A program made the position numbers and the translations under genes. The notes below the pieces were generated by a model. That model was not told where the DNA came from, did not search any database, and saw nothing but the letters and a program-made list of their open reading frames with translations. This document shows positions 51,024-64,000 of a stretch of DNA of 64,000 nucleotides, in pieces. Origin of the DNA: Antedon mediterranea (taxonomy: Eukaryota; Animalia; Echinodermata); NCBI RefSeq assembly GCF_964355755.1, contig NC_092672.1:5084001-5148000 (forward strand). Reading direction: 5' to 3'. Numbering within the stretch: the first letter of the stretch is position 1; every line of letters starts with the position of its first letter.

Positions 51024-51790
51024 CATGGTTCAACCAAAATTGAATGAGCACGGTTCAACCAAAAATGAATGAGCATGGTTCAACCAAACATTAATGAGCA
51101 TGGTTCAACCAAAAATTAATGAGCACGGTTGAACGAAAAATTAATGAACACGGTTCAACCAAAAATGAATGAGCACGGTTCAACCAAAAATGAATGAGCA
51201 TGGTTCAACCAAAAATGAATGAGCACGGTTCTACGAAAAATTAATGAACACGGTTCAACCAAAAATGAATGAGCATGGTTCAACCAATAATTAATAAGCA
51301 CGGTTCAACCAAAAATTAATGAGCATGGTTCAACCAAAAATTAATGAACACGGTTCAACCAAAAATGAATGAGCACGTTTCAACCAAAAATTAAACACGT
51401 TTCAATAAAGAATTAATAAACGTTCAACGAAAAATCTATGAACACGGTTCAATAAAGAATTAATAAACGTTCAACGAAAAATCTATGAAAACGGTTCAAT
51501 AAAGAATTAATAAACGTTCAACGAAAAATCTATGAAAACGGTTCAATAAAGAATTAATAAACATTCAACGAAAAATCTATGAACACGATTCAATAAAGAA
51601 TTAATGAATGTTCAATAAAAAATTAATAAGCACAGTTCAATAAAAAAAATCATGAATGTTAAACCAAAAATGAATGAACACGGTACAATAAAAAAATAAT
51701 GAAAGTTCAATAAAAAATGAATGATCACGCTTCAACCAAAAATGTGTAAACGGTTCAACCAAAAATTAATAATCATGGTTCAACCACTTT
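51024..51790. repeat. ~25-bp satellite grading into a ~47-bp dimeric higher-order unit
   Basis: (cacggttcaaccaaaaatgaatgag)n, then acggttcaataaagaattaataaacgttcaacgaaaaatctatgaa repeats from ~51400. Confidence 0.9.
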
Positions 51791-54460
51791 CTTGTCAATT
51801 CCAATCCCCTTATTGGTTCTTGGTATGTGTCATGCATGCCTCCCCTTCGAAATGTGTATGTTTATACCTAGGAAGAAATCACAATCTTATAGCTCCCTTC
51901 ATTTAGCATGGGCTAGAAGCAAAACGATATTTTAAAATTTTTCTTAAATGCTATATAACCATCTCAAATAAAAGAACTTCTTACCTTAGACTTTGCTCAA
52001 TTAAATATAGGTATTCGTTAATAAGTATTCGTTACTAACTTCTGTATACAGAAAACAACTATAACAACACACTCTAAGTCATCACACAGTGCTTCTCTTT
52101 GAGAGATGAAGTCTTATGATTATTCAATGTGGTATCTTCCACATCAATTAGCCAATCTATTACATCATTGGCCAAGATCGATATACGTCATTGTGAAAAA
52201 AAATTGTATAACATTTAACTTTTTATTTATAGATTAGTGTTGATCCAATTAACCACAATGGATTCTTGTAATTTATCATGTTTCAACTAAATGTTAATGT
52301 ATATACCCAACAAGAAATGGAATGATCTTCCAAAAGTATGTTATGCAGTTTTTTTAAAATAATAAATCTATTAGGCCTAAATGTTTATTTTCTCTGACAA
52401 ATTTGATGTATGCCTCTTGTCTATGATATCAGCAATAAAATATTATACATTTGTTTTATTTACATTACAAAAAAAAATCTTATATAATGACTTTTGCGAC
52501 TTTTTGTGATGTGTACATCAACTTTGGCAACGCTATGGTCAAACATGACTTAAAATCCGACAGCTAAAACTTCAAAATCAAATCCCAACAATCATCAATT
52601 TAGCGGAAATAATCCACAGAACGTCAAACGAGAAACCACAAATCCTAAACCAAAAGTTATAATTTCTGTTCAGTAGTTAATTCTGTTGCAATTTGTTGTT
52701 ATTGTCTATGCCGTGACGAGATCATGATAGAATTATGAAAAATTTGACTACGGAGCTAACATTTTAATCTCTAAAATAAATAATGATTATTTTGTCAACA
52801 AATAAGTGAATAATTCATTTTTTATATGATTTTTCTATTCTAAACAAAACATACTTCTTCAGGATCATTTGTTATTACAAAGTATTTTATGGGGGGGGGG
52901 GGGTGTTTATTCAAAGGGATGTGCTTATTGAGGGGAGCCGTGTAATATGGTAACATGTATATATTAATAATGAAATAAATACCCCTTAGAGATATGAAAA
53001 AATACAACATAATTAATATCTTGCATTGTATTTTTCCTTACCTTTTTTGTCAGAGTTTGTCAATAAATGTTATGAAATGAAAATATCGAGAAGTGATCAA
53101 ATACAGTAAAAATGTTATCAAAATGATTGCTAAATTGTGGATCATGTCAATGAATTCTACTACAAATAGTATTATGCCTTTAATCTCTTTTCACTAATTA
53201 TGAAACAATAAAATCACATACAATATGTACTACTTTTAATTCCATATTTATTTTCTTTAAAAAGGCTTAAAAAGTAATTTATAAAAGAATGACTCAACAG
53301 TCAATACAAAAATTCACTATACTTTGGTTAAAATAATTTAGCATAATTTAAATATAGGGTAACTAGTATATTTTACTAAATAAGATATATCTATATACCG
53401 TATATACATAACAAAAGTATGACTTTTTCTGGCTGTTTTACTTTATCGTTGTGATTTAGCTTTTTACTTTAACTTTTCTGGCTGTTTTACTTTATCGTTT
53501 TGATTTAGCTTTTCGCTTTTTTTTTTTGTATCTCCATTGAGATCCAGCCACTGATACCCACAGCATTGTCATTTTTTCAGTAATTTGCCTTTGGATCTAT
53601 ACGAATATGAGCACTGTTTCTATAATTTACAGTATGATTTATATATAATTTACACAGTGCTACGCAACATCATTGATTTATATATATATATATATATATA
53701 TATCTATATAGTCAGCCACATCATACCACACATCAAGACTCGCCCTCAACACCCTGTGTTACATAAAAATGATCGCGTAAATTTCTTACCACTTACGTAG
53801 TACAGATACCGTATACCCTAAAATTCTCAAACACTCCCCCTGCCGGCCCACTGTCTTCTTGTACACAGAAGCATTTCCTGTTTAACATTGTTGCAATAGT
53901 TGCGCCACCCGTTGCATGCGTTGTATTTGTATATTTATACGGTACCGTTCTTATTTTTGTTTGAATTATTATTATTATTTTAGGGGTCAATGTGAGACAA
54001 GTTCTACTTCTAATTTTGATCCCTAAGATGGTCTTATATTAATTGTTTATGATTGTTTATTGTAATATTGTTTGTTATATATTGTGACCATCTTAAATAA
54101 ATGTATTATTGAATTGAATTGAATTGTCAAGCACCTTTGAACACTATTTGTATGGATACCGGCACTATTTAAGTCTGATTGATTGATTCCAATTTCAGTA
54201 GCCCCACAAGCCTAAGAAAACCCATCAAACATCAGTCTTCACTTCAAACGATGTCTGGGTTGCAGATTATTAAATTAAAAAAAAAAACTGAACTTTAACC
54301 CTTTGAATACCCATTAAGGTACACTTATTTTTCTACCCACAATTAAACATTGCCTTGGGCAACGAAGTTGGACTGGCGCCATATAAATAAAACAACTGAT
54401 TGATAATAATGTTACTGAGTGATTGTGTACTAGTAAATGCGTTTCAATCTCTATTTTCTT

Positions 54461-57400
54461 TTAAATAACGTTGATATTAGGTTCACAGTGAAGTCTTTTC
54501 CTTGTTTTTTGCTCAAGGCAAAAATCTTTATCTTTCGGTGAAGGTATTCCCTTAATTGGCCATATCATAGATATCGGTTCAATGTATGTTTGTAAGGTGC
54601 CTATTTTGTGACCATAAATAACCGACTCAGATGATCTGTGAAAGGTAAAACAAAAAAATATTGCAATTTAACAAATGTATATTCGGAATAAATTAAATAA
54701 ATTCAAATGCCAAAAGAAAAACATTTTTAGTAATTAATGCCACTTATTGACCAAGCTCAATAGAGCGGAGAACGTTTGAAAAAAAAAAAACATTATAAAA
54801 TTATACAAAAAAAAATACAGTCCATAAAAGCTTGTTTTTAATAAATTTAAAGTTTTTCAACAATTACAATCATTTGCAAATATACATACAAAACACATAC
54901 AAATATGCCAACATTTTTTAACTCTGTATAAAGCTCTGTCTACACTATCAAACTTTATGTGACAAAAGAATGTGATGTGCACATATGATAATATGGACAT
55001 GATGATTTCATATTACTATCACATTTGGGCCCTTTTTGTGTAGACAGAGCTTAAGATTATTAATTTAAATAAAACCTGTTTATGTAAATATATAGACAAG
55101 GTAACAGTAGTTAATTTGCCACAATTTATTTGAAAATGTTTTCACAAATGTTTTTAACGATACAGTACTGTACGTGTAAATTATCTACTTGGTAGAGGGT
55201 GAGCAACAGAAAAACATGGTTTAAAGCTTTGTCTACACTATCAAACTTTATGTGACAAAAAAAAAAAATGTGATGAGTCCATATCACTACCATATTTGGG
55301 CATATCACTACCATATTTGGGCATATCACTACCATATTTGGGCATATCACTACCATATTTAGTGTAGACTACAAAGCTTTAGTATAAAAATCATGTGTCA
55401 GGAATCTTAATGCAAGTGAGTATATCCAACACAATGATGTTAGTTGTAATGGTAATTTTCATAGTACAAAAGGTTTATTTTAACCAATGTTAAAAACACA
55501 TGTTTTACACAAATGCTTATTACAGAAGAAAACATACTGTCTTTATATCTATTATTTTTAGGAATCCTTTTGTACTATAACAAATTATGTAAATTACCAA
55601 TGAATAATTTTAAACCATCATTTTATCATTATTATTCTAAACCTAGATCACCATAAATGAATTACAATGTTAGATAGCTATTACTAATAATAATAGATTG
55701 TTTAAAACATACAATAGACAAAAGAATTTACCAAGGTGGTTGATAGATATTCAAATATTTAACCTATTAAAAATTCTAAAATTAAGAGTTTATAATCTGA
55801 AGTGGAAATGTGATTCTAATAGAAAGAAAATAGCCTTAAGTACCGCATCATGAGTCACTTAAGTACTGTAAGGTAATAAGTGAAAAAAAAAATACTGAAC
55901 AAAATACAGGTAAACTGCATGTAGTGTTTTTAGAAAGCTTGCCACTTACCGTAAATCTTCTTATTGTAACCCTGGGTTATTATCGTTTGATTGTTATTTA
56001 GGGTGGGTTACTATTAGAAGGTGGGTTAACTATAAGAGTAGTGGGTTACTATTACTAATCTTAAATTAAGCACTTGAAAATAGTAACCCATCCCAACTAT
56101 TCCGGTCAGCAACTCATAGCAAAATAATAAAACAGTACAAATAAACAAATTTAACTAACTTTATTTTATTTTATAAACTCAAAAACACTCAATCCTCCCC
56201 CACTCCCAAGATCAACATGCATTATCTCCCTTATTTTCAAAATACAGCTGCATCATAAGTTTTTGTGACTCTAATAGGAAACTCCCACAGGTTACTATTA
56301 GAGTAGTGGGTTACTATTATAGATTGACTTATAAGGTGGGTTACTATTAGAAGATTTACGGTATTTCTAGCTGTTTACTTTATCGTTTTTATTCAGATTT
56401 TTACTTATTTTGAAATATACATAAATTAATAAACAAAATAACTAACCTTAGCGTCAAGTCCGTAATACTAGGATTTTCTGTGAATACATGTTTGGCGAGT
56501 TGAACTGAAGATGCGTGGTTCGTTAGTTTGTAATTTAAACCTGCAATATTAAAATAATATATTACACAATTTTTTTTTTTTTTTTGAAATACAATCTATT
56601 TATTTAATCTGTTTACTTAATATTTTTTCTTATATTATTATTTTTATTGTTTACCATTGTACCAATGATTGAATAATATTTTATTGTTTACCATTGTACC
56701 AACCAACAATATTTAATTTAAAAAAACAAATTGATGTTAAAATGTATTGTCACCCGAAACATTAAAAATAAAGATTTTATTTCATACGAGTAATTCACTA
56801 ATTACAGGATGGATAAACTATTTTATACTTTATCGTGCTTATAAACTCTCTCTCTCTCTCATTAGAGGCTTAGAGAGTGGAGTTGAACTAGTTGGAACTA
56901 GGTCAGGATTGAACCCAGGTCAGGATTGAACCCTGGACCTTGGGATTAGAAGGCAAGCATGTTATTAACCACCAAGCTACAGCTCCACTAAATAAATCTT
57001 ACTTTCAAGTTTTTGATCCCGTTGATTAACTTTAAGAAATCTATAATTCTTAGTCTCATCCTAATGAGAAAACAAAAAAATTAATTAATGAGAAAAAAAA
57101 AATTAATTAATGAGAAAAAAAAATTAATTAATGAGAAAAAAAAATTAATTCAATTCGCTCCAATTGATATAAACAAAAATGCTATCTAAGCATGATTTTA
57201 TTGGAATTATTTGGAAAATCATTATAAAAAATAGATACAAGTTAATTACTGACATTTTTTTTTTACACCATATTTAATAAGGGTGATCCATCCAGCAATT
57301 GCTGATCATTAGGGACTCTCAGAGGTTCACAAGACAAACAAATACACAAGATACATAAACAAAGTCTTATTACAAGTCTTGGGAGTGGAGTTGTAATTTT

Positions 57401-60400
57401 GTCCTCAGAAAAAATCCTGACATGTGACGGGACTTGAACCCAGGACCCTTGGAGTGTTAGCCAAGCATCATAACTACCAACAAATAGATACCTTTGACCA
57501 ACAAATATGCCAAAGATCTAGAAATAAGATTAAAGATGCATTGTTTGGCAAAAACATGAAAAATGAAGATTAACAAAAATCAGACTTTGAATAAGCCATT
57601 TTTTAGTTTTAATCACTTCCGTAGAAACAAAATGTTTTTCACCAACGACTAAATTCGACCAAACACCAATTGACTGACAGCCAATTTGACTATTTTTTGC
57701 TTTAAATTACAATTTTTTCAGGTAAATCCTTTTTTTCTGATCCCATTTTTGTGGGAAACACATGAAAAACTGTTATGTAACAATAAAATGGCATATTAAA
57801 TTTTTTTTTTCAGAGGGGCAAAATACACATGGAAAAACATTAGAAAGTCTGTGCATAGTCACAAATTAAACCAAAAGACTAACTGCCAATATTGATGATA
57901 TCTTACCATTGTAAGTGGTGTATCAGGTACTGGTACTTCATTCAATTCTGCTTCCAACTCACCAAGAACTGGGAGTACCATCTTCCACTACAAATGATAT
58001 CAATTGATCAATTTGGAATGGATCAAATTATAGTATAAAACTTAAGCTTGGTTCCCACTAGAACGTAACGCAAGGACGTAAACGCAACGCAAGCGTTTTA
58101 ACCAATGACAAGCAAAGTTATAGGCAGTTAGCAATCACAAGCGAATAAGCCATCGCTTGTGATTGGTCAATTCAGTTGCGTTGCATTACGTCCTTGCGTT
58201 CCGTCGTTAGTGGGAACCATGCTTTACTCCAAATTTATATTTCATCTGTTATATAATCTAAAGTTCTGTCTACACTATCAAACTAGTTTGACAAAAAAGT
58301 GTGCCCAAATAATATGGTCGTGATATGACATCATCATGACCATATATGGGCACATCACATACATAAGTAAATACATTAAACTCGATTTAAATATATTGAA
58401 AATATTTCACTTAATCAAATTGTATTCTACCCATTATTTGTATTTCCACTTTTTTACTGTGTTTATTTTGTTTCCATTAAATGAATATTTTTACCTAAAT
58501 CCTAACTTTATTAAAGTATACATGATGCAATAATGGCCGAATAATGGGGGAATTTAGAACTTACCAATTTATTAATGACATGGGCATCATCTCGCAGTTT
58601 GTAGTCCATAATAATGAGTACAACCATTTCAGAATGAGCTTGCACATATAAACTACATTTTTTGAATTCACGCTTTAAAAACAAAAAAGTTGAAGTTCAC
58701 ATTCTAGTTGTGTACAGTAATTGTATTCCAGCGCAGTGGGGCAGCAGGATGTACCTGACTGAGCGAGCGTGCGCCACAGTCGTGATGTGTGACAAATAAA
58801 TAAATATTGGTAAAACAATGATGCTGCTTTACAGTATTAGACAGGTATCATCAGAATTATTTTACTATAATATATTTACCTATAAATTACAACTACTAGT
58901 AATCAATTAAAAGTATTTTAATGTTTTTTTTCTATACAAAAGTTGAAAATCTTCCTCGACGGGGGAGCTACCCACCCCCGCCTGCTCCCTGGTGCCACCA
59001 TGGTCCCATGTTATCTTTCAAAACACAAACCACTATTTCTAGCCATGAAAAAGGAATACCAAAAAATGTTTTTAATGTTAAAAGGTTTAAGTCCCACCTT
59101 AGTATCAAAATCTTTGGTACAAATTATGTTGAGCAAATCATCTTTCTATGTAAAGATGAAATTCTGTAAATCATTTTTTTAATCAATCTTGCCGTTCGTT
59201 GTATAATCTACCATATCATATAAATTATCATTTTTTTACGTTATGATTTCATAAAAGCAAACAAAAGAATTAAATTTCAAACAATGGAGCATGTGGTCAG
59301 AATTATGGCTTTAATATTTACGTAAAACAGATTGGATGACATCAGCAAAATGGTTTCAACTCATAGATTTACCAGGGAGTTGTAAAATAAGTCAACTCCC
59401 TGGATTTACTATACTGTCAACTACGCGAAGCGATTCTAACAAAAGGGAGAAACTAGGCAAAATGGCTTCTGTAGTTCTGTTATTTATATAATTATAAATT
59501 AGAAAAAAATGTTTAAATGATATGTTTAGAGAGAATAACCATTTCAGCTTAACCCACGGTGCTGTAAAACAAGTGTAATAGTGCATAGTACAAGTAAATA
59601 ACATATCAAAAGGCCTATTGCAGCCACCATATTGTCTGGTCCCACTCTCCATGAAGAATCACTTTTGATAATATTTCAACTATAAAAAATATCATTATGA
59701 GAAAATCAGATCAGACAAGACTTGAACTCAACACCTTGGGATAAGTAGACAAGAAACATAACACCACTGTTGATTTCCAACAAAAAAATCTTTTTTATAA
59801 ATTTATAATTTGATTTGCTATTTTACTTCAATGTTCCTGTACGTTATGTTTCTTTGTAAACTCCTTCTTCATGTTAAATTTTCTTGTGGTAATTAATGTT
59901 TATAAAAATGGCGTTTTCTATAGGCTTTACCTCTTATGGGGTTTTAGAAAGCATGTGTTTGCATCCGCGAATCATGTATGCTTACTATATTATTACAATT
60001 AAAAATAAAACGAAAATAAGTCTATTTTAAATGTCTATTCACAATATATTTATAACACATGATTGTATAAAATGTTGCTAAAAAGTAGAACTGGTAGTTG
60101 GATATCCTAATACCAATCTGAGGTCTTGGTTCAAAGTCTGTCACCTAATAGCGGTGTCACCTAATAGTGGTGTCCCCTGAATAGGGGTGTTGCCTGAATA
60201 GGGGTGTTCCCGGAATAGGGGGGTTACCTGAATAGGGGTGGGGGGGGGGGTTTCCCTGAATAGAGCTGTCCCAAAGAAGCGGTGTCAATCTAGAAGCAGA
60301 ACTTACCCGAGTGTTTGATACCATTGATGATTCTCTTTGTTCGTAACACGGTTCAAATGAATCTGCATAAACTTCAGAATCTGTTTCTCTTTCACCTGAT

Positions 60401-61572
60401 ACACACTTCTGCTCTTTCTCTTTTGTTGTTCCTGAACTATGCTCTACTACTGAATTATATTCTGCTGAATGCTTGAAATCCTGTCCATCTGATTGATCTA
60501 AAGCAACACAGTTTTTATCTTTGTTTGCTAGACTTTCTGAAGCGTCTAAAGCCACAGAATTATTTCTGTCAGAAGACGAAGTGGAATCATGATCTTTAAA
60601 TTGTAGAAGAGGTGTCTTATTCGATGATACAAATTCTTGATTCCTATTTGACGTTGGCAAAGATTTTAATCCTTGGTTAGCTATTTTCAATGTTTGAAGA
60701 TGTGGAATGTCAGTTGTAACTTTACAATTACTGTCCGAAACTTGATCTGCTAGATCAACAGAAGCACTTCTCTTTTTCAATGTGATTTCTAATGCTGGTG
60801 GACATTCCTTCTCCTCGTTCATTTCTATATAATTTACTTTTTCTATTCTCACAAAATTGTCATGATTAAAACCATTTTGAATGCATGATACACCTTTCTC
60901 AACTGTTTCTTGTTCTGTGGAATATTTGGTACAGTCATCTGAATTATTTGAATTGATTGATTCTACTCTTCCATCAGATTTATTAGTCTCAATGTTTCTG
61001 TGTTGAATACCAACCTTATCAAACTGTACATTTTCATTTTGAATTTTATTTTGGTCATTTGTAGATGGATGAATACATTCTGAATCTTTTACAGAAGTTG
61101 GAATTTTATCGGTTAAAATATTGCTTGATACAGATTCCGATTCAGACTGTTGACTAGGTGAAGGTAACTGTTGACTAGTTGAGGGTGACTGTTGACTAGT
61201 TGAATCCAAGTGTTGACTAGTTGAATCTGACTGTTGACTAGTTGAAGGTAACTGTTGACTAGGTGAGGGTGACTGTTGACTAGTTGAGGGTGATTGTTGA
61301 CTAGTTGAAGTTAACTGTTGACTAGTTGAGGATGACTGTTGACTAGGTGAAGGTAACTGTTGACTAGTTGAAGGTAACTGTTGACTAGCTGAAGGTAACT
61401 GTTTACTAGGTGAGGGTGACTGTTGACTAATTGAAGCTGGTAGTTGACTAGTCAATGGAACCTCTAACTTCTTTAAACTAACGGTCTCAAATTCATCAGG
61501 TCTTAGATAAATTGGTATAATTGAAATCCCTCTTGGTAGTGGAAAATCAGTATCAGCTGCTAGGAAAGACAT
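54461..61572 (-). CDS. HPS4: Hermansky-Pudlak syndrome 4 protein (BLOC-3 subunit), 3' part; exons 61572-60307, 58672-58565, 57987-57907, 57060-57003, 56540-56447, 54635-54461; upstream exons not resolved
   Basis: FPLPRGISIIPIYL, a long low-complexity insert, then a C-terminal longin-like region CSLYVQAHSEMVVLII...LGELEAEL...NYRFL...FTENPSITDLTLRSSESVIYG...QTYIE...KGIPSPKDKDFCLEQKTRKRL...NINVI*. This parallels the vertebrate HPS4 C-terminus (YEMTVRN..., QETYFQ, GFPNPQD, GVNLL). Confidence 0.85.
55949..56361. mobile_element. TA-flanked MITE (TIR CCGTAAATCTTCT.AT.GTAACCC)
   Basis: ta-ccgtaaatcttcttattgtaaccc ... gggttactattagaagatttacgg-ta. Confidence 0.85.
56855..56989 (-). mobile_element. tRNA-derived SINE, family A
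   Basis: The reverse complement agtggagctgtagcttggtggttaataacatgcttgccttctaatcccaaggtccagggttcaatcc matches the copy at 11064. Confidence 0.8.
57264..57480 (-). mobile_element. tRNA-derived SINE, family B (5'-clipped)
   Basis: Near-identical to 32562-32780. Confidence 0.85.
58045..58223. mobile_element. PIF/Harbinger-like MITE with TTA TSD
   Basis: tta-agcttggttcccacta...cgcaaggacgtaa / ttacgtccttgcg...tagtgggaaccatgct-tta. Confidence 0.85.
61140..61450 (-). repeat. Coding 21-bp tandem repeat (~14 xSQQxxS heptads) in the large HPS4 exon
   Basis: The + strand shows (ctgttgactagttgaaggtaa)-like units; the translation is ISQQSPS PSKQLPS ASQQLPS TSQQLPS and so on. Confidence 0.92.
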
Positions 61573-64000
61573 CTGAAATTAAAATATTTTATATAATTGA
61601 AATATTCTATTTATTTTCATTTTTTATTGTTGAAAATTGTAAAAAATTGCGTAATAAACATTGCTAGTCTATTACTCAGTCTATTAAACATTAAATCGAC
61701 CAAATATAGTAACGATAATGGAACAGATGCGCAGATTAATATTTTTTTTAAATGACTTTTTCCTTTATTAAATATTATTTAAGAAATTTATTGTGTTCGT
61801 TTCAAAAGTTATTAATGTTAGCATCCTATGAGAGCACACCTAAAAGAATAGATCTATATTATAAAAGAGAGAGTTTGTACATTCGATCGTTAAACAACAT
61901 TTTTTTTTCACCATACACGTTTAGTTTGTCAAGCAGAATTTAAGCACACGTTTTCAACAAATTCTATCCAAGTATATCCAAAGTTTATAACCTACAGTAT
62001 AGGGAAGGGAAAATGAAAAAATTACAATTTGCAATTTGTTTAGTGGGGTCCGGACCTCTGTGATAAACACTCCCACCCATTCCAACTTACCCGCCTACTC
62101 CCTCTCCCCCCAACTCACACAAGCTGCACCTAAAAATATTAATTAAAATGCAAGATAAACTGCATGATTGACTTATTTTTTCCAATTTTTTTTTAACATT
62201 TTATTCTGCTGCTTTTCTAAAAAAAAATTTCCATGGAAGATTTATGGATGGGGTTGTTAAAAATATTCATTTTTATTATTTTAATGTTTTAATAACTAAA
62301 ATAGTTTATGTGTAAACAGCACAATTTATGATTTAAATAGTTTTATTTATATAATTTACCATAAAATGTATTATAATCCTACCAAGTGTTTATGTCGTTG
62401 AAAAGGATCTGTGACACCTGAGTATATTGACATTTGAAAAAACGATAAGTATAAAAATATTATTTATATTAGGCTTAATAAAGTTGAAAATTGGTTATTG
62501 ACATTAACTATTTGATTCCTGGAGTATTTGGATAGGACAATCCGATCTAAGTATTTAATCTCGTACTTACTTGTAAATAAAATGCACACCTAAATATTTT
62601 TAAATTTAGCAATATAATGCTATGACCTTTGACTATAGTAATACTGACCTTTGCCAGTGATATACAATATAGTTAGATCAAATGATATACAATCCAAAAG
62701 CAAACTGCTGAAAAAAATTATGCTGCTGTGGTTATTTTTTTTTCTCAAGTTGGGACATGGGGCCAGTTTCTGTTGTAAACGCTATCTTTATGTTAAATTT
62801 TCTTGTGTTAATGTTTGTAAAAATGGTGTTTTCTGTAGACTTCTTTAGATATTTTTCAATTCAAATGAGAAATGAAAAATTATATAAAAAATATTATTTT
62901 TAGACTTACAACATTATCTGCTATATTTGTGTTCCCAAATAACCATTTAATTTAGTGGTTTCTGGTTGTTGACAAAAAACTCTATCGTTACCCAAAATTC
63001 AACGCAATCAGGCGGTCAAAAGGTCAAGATATCACAACTGTCAGCTAAAAGTTGCACAGCGAAAACCGTTATTTTCCAATGCCATTTAAACTAGTTATAT
63101 CAAATTTTTCAGCAACCAACAAATTTAGTAATTTTTTTGCAGCAAAAGCAGGACCCTGATGCACTCCGGTTCAGATGTAGTTTGCGATTTTTTCCAACTG
63201 TGATCGCAATCATAAATGATAGAACTTTAAATGGTTTTTAATAATGATGCTCGATTCAAATGAGGACAAAAGTCTTTATTTTATATACTGTAATTGTAAA
63301 AGTTCGTTTCTACACATGTACCAAAAATATATTTGTGTCACTTCTAGCGACCGGACAGGACAACAAACAAACAAACACAGATAAACCAACATTGGATGGA
63401 AATGTCATTTATTATGACGAATACTTAAACATGTATAATTGGTAAAACATAGATGACATTATTAACACAAATCATTAAAATTAGACCTGTCTAAGTTACA
63501 CAAAACTATTTTCCTACATACTTTGGAAAATTCTCTTTTTCTAACATTAACAGGTTAGGGAATAGTGAAATATTGTGATGTAAGGGAAAATAACTAACAA
63601 TTTAATTCATAGTTATTGGTTCAATATAATGTACTAAATAACAAAGTAAGAGAATTGGCCACTTGATCGTGTGATATTTGTTTTTGTTGATAAGTTGGCA
63701 GTTACTGGGATATCAACATAACCCAAGTTTGTACTGGAAAGGTCACAGGTGTCAGATAAAATGAGCTATCAAAATTGTATTGGGAAGGTTTTACACTACA
63801 CTTGACATGACGTTGACCTTGAATGGACTACTGTAGCATCTAACTGCCTGCTGCACACATAATATTTTAAAAGGAATGTTAACATGTTTTCATCGACAAC
63901 CACCCACTGATTGAAATGTTTTTTTTGGGAGCAGAAATTTAGCAGAAATGCAGTTTATATAAATATTACATTTTCAATATATCTTGAAATAAGGTTTACC

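Noticed and set aside
60157-60306. C-terminal part of the 471-aa ORF (..GNPPPHPYSG..)
   Set aside because: It lies past the GT donor at 60306 and is intronic MITE-like repeat sequence, not HPS4 coding.
61140-61450. Common origin of the HPS4 heptad repeat and the 87-bp intronic array (both contain gttgactag)
   Set aside because: Only a 9-12-bp word is shared; the periods and remaining sequence differ, so it is probably coincidence.
62372-62406. Possible small upstream HPS4 exon (GVTDPFQRHKHL)
   Set aside because: Splice signals are plausible, but there is no recognisable HPS4 similarity, so it was left out of the model.

Overview
AT-rich, intron-rich animal genomic DNA (GT-AG introns). It looks like an invertebrate deuterostome, possibly an echinoderm, but the taxon is inferred. 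Six spliced protein-coding genes were reconstructed by hand with consistent exon phases: the 3' part of an AUTS2/FBRSL1 homologue (+), CHEK2 (-), CRCP/RPC9 (+, head-to-head with CHEK2), CHCHD2/10 (-), a divergent NR1-type nuclear receptor (-) and the 3' part of HPS4 (-). Introns and spacers carry many repeats: a near-full-length CR1-group (Crack/L2-like) LINE ORF with two nonsense codons in CHCHD2 intron 1, a 5S-rRNA-headed element in an AUTS2 intron, tRNA-SINEs, a Helentron-type non-autonomous element, nested 9-bp-TSD Mutator/foldback elements, several MITE families and hairpin-forming minisatellites. The most unusual observations are a decayed TNF-receptor-like/mucin-stalk/transmembrane sequence lying antisense in a nuclear-receptor intron, the candidate 5S-derived SINE, a gene cluster that unites human 7q11/7p11 and 22q11-12 genes, and an SQ-heptad array inside HPS4. 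No CRISPR array or prokaryotic-type system is supported, and I cannot establish a genuinely new biological system from the sequence alone.
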